Assembly: GCA_002633005.1 (NCBI GenBank)
Contig: NMRA01000662.1
Coordinates: 9,375 to 73,374, forward strand
DNA length: 64,000 nucleotides
Source: Phoronis australis
Taxonomy: Eukaryota; Animalia; Phoronida
Direction: 5' to 3'
The notes beneath the pieces are model-generated. The model was given only the letters and a program-made list of their open reading frames with translations. It ran no database searches and was not told the DNA's origin. Shown one piece after another: positions 61,642 through 64,000 of the stretch (the stretch's first letter is position 1; each line of letters begins with the position of its first letter). The position numbers were made by a program, and so were the translations under genes.

Positions 61642-64000
61642 GGGATGTGCAGTTGTGCTGGCGTCCTAATTGTGCTCAAAAAGCTTCTACGAGCTCAGGT
61701 GGGCATGCACTTTTGAATGACAATGACACCACACTTCAATCACTTGCTTAGAACAATTGTTGCAAAGGAATCTGTGTTTAGAAACACACACGGTATAACA
61801 ATAGAGCTGCAGTCACTAGCACAGCTCTGAGGTTTCCAAGGCATTATAACATCATTTGAAAAGCTTGTGAAGAGGCCTACGATGTCTTCAAGCACTGGGT
61901 TAGCGTCAGTCCCAAATATTACAAGAATGACCTTAGACTTTCACCGTTACCTAAACATGTGCTCCGAATGAACATTATGTTGCGTATTTTGATGTTATTT
62001 TGTACCATTGTTGTAACTTTGGTTGTTAACGATAAGAAGTTGAAAGTCAGTACAGCGATCATCCCTAAGTGAATAAACCCAGTATTTGCTGTTCCTGTTA
62101 TTACATACAACCCACGTGTGAAAGAAGCAGAAGCCAACAGATACACAAAAAGTTGCAGACATTCTAATAATGCCCCCCCCCCCCATAATAAGAAAGAAAC
62201 ATAGTGGCCAACTCTCTGTACGATGCATTCTGTACTTTGCAGCTAAATTCAACAACAAGTAATTGTGGGTTAGTACATCATGACTTCTTAAGGCCCACGT
62301 CGCTAAGAGTGGACACTTTGTCGCTAAGTGAGGAAACTCCATCCAGATGCAGGCTCAATGCTTAACTGTTGAGCAGCAAGCATTGCTGTGACTTCCTACA
62401 ACTAGGCGTTGCAGACAAATCGGTAAGTGTGGACAGAGCATAACAGACTGTTGTTTCCCTTTTATCTCAACTCGTACAATCTGCAGTTATACAGACTAGT
62501 CAAGCTCCACTCTGTTATCAAATGAAGTGCCACTTAACTTTACCAAAAGCAAATAAAGCTACACCAGACAGTTTACCCATACTGCATCACTTAACAGTGT
62601 AAATTACAACTGCGTCTGCAGTTAGAATGCTAAGTCAGATAGAAAGTAAAACTGTCCTTGCCAATTTCCATCGTTTGAAAATAAAATAAGTTTCACCAGA
62701 GTAAGTAATATTACTCTCTATCGCTAGCATACAACCAGAAACAACTAGCACTCTATAAACAAAAAAAAATCGCCATTGAGGCTAGTGTGATCACCTGTTT
62801 TGCTTGTAATTCATGGCAATAACCACATTGCCTAGGGTGGTCATGCGATTTTTACTATTTCTTTTCATCAACGGAATGCAGGCATGATGTCACGCAAAAC
62901 AATGGTAGTAATGTAAACAAGAACACATTGAACGAGAAAATTAGAAAACCATGGGCCTGCTTTCAGTTTTGGTAATGCAGCTCAAATAATGGTGATGGTA
63001 ACTGGCGTATTTTTGCATACAGAAATATATGGCAGTGAGTGAACCACTAACCACTTATTAGGGCAGAGAAAATTTGCAAATTTGACACGGAATTTTGTAG
63101 AGGCCAATAAAATAGATATCTTTCTGTCTAAGAATAGAATGTCGTCATCAATTACCTCAAGAACAACATATTAAAATTCACACAAAAAATCATAAAACAA
63201 GTGAAAAGCACTTGTTGATTATGTTGCGAACATGAACCAATTTGAAACATACGTAGATATCAATGGTTTACAGACCTGTAAGACATCTACCCGCATCTTA
63301 TATTCAGAAAATATGGAAATTTCCTGTCATTACACCAGGATATTGCAGGTGACAAAAAATCTTAAGGTGACATGGGACCTTATTGACACGTCTGTGTATT
63401 TTTCAAAATATCTAACTCCATAAAAGTACATATTTTCTGAAAAACTCCATAAAAGTACATATTTTCTGAAAGAAGAAAGCCTGTAGAAACTGATTGTTGA
63501 ATTTTAATAAATCGGCCATTAATTGAGTAACGTGACCATGTCTTCTAAGTAAAATTTAGCAAAAAATAGAAAAAGAACATTTAAGCAACACAACAATATC
63601 AATTACATGTACAAATTCCATTTGATATAAATGTTCGAAAACACCAATACTACAACTTTCTACAGTATCATTATGTTTTCAATTTACGAAAGTTTCGATA
63701 TTTTCATGTCACTTATAAAAGCGGAACGTTTTAAAACAATTCTCAACAGCATTTTAGAGCAAAGCACATAAGGAATATTACCTGAAATTTTCACATGAAT
63801 CAAATCGGCAATTTCTAATACATGAAGTTTTGACATTTCCTAGAACCCTCCATAATCTTATCACAATATAACTATCAGATGAAAGCTGTACTGGCCACTG
63901 TCTCATTTAAATAACCTCAGACTAAAATTGTCTACGCAGAATAAATGTTGTGAGTTATTGGTCTGCACTAAGCTGTTGACAAAATTTCTCATGAGTGACA

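Overview
AT-rich animal genomic DNA, probably from a marine invertebrate; the repeat landscape resembles lophotrochozoans, but the taxon cannot be fixed from sequence alone. It holds two convergent, intron-rich genes, both truncated by the window edges. On the + strand are the last 9 coding exons of acylamino-acid-releasing enzyme (APEH, S9C peptidase; 501-7736). On the - strand are 21 in-phase coding exons (about 969 aa) of calcium-dependent secretion activator (CADPS/CAPS/unc-31; 55467-13021), with a probable ~4.8 kb 3'UTR ending almost at the APEH 3' end. The introns contain a decayed Sola3-type DNA transposon seen with its empty site, four copies of a Helentron-like non-autonomous element carrying arrays of CTCF-like motifs, MITEs, many minisatellites and three N-joined haplotype duplications. 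Main observations: (1) tandem duplications repeatedly anchored on splice sites of both genes, making arrays of decoy donors; (2) a mobile element carrying phased CTCF-motif arrays; (3) several candidate CAPS microexons; (4) back-to-back poly(A) signals. Nearly all ORFs in the supplied track are spurious.
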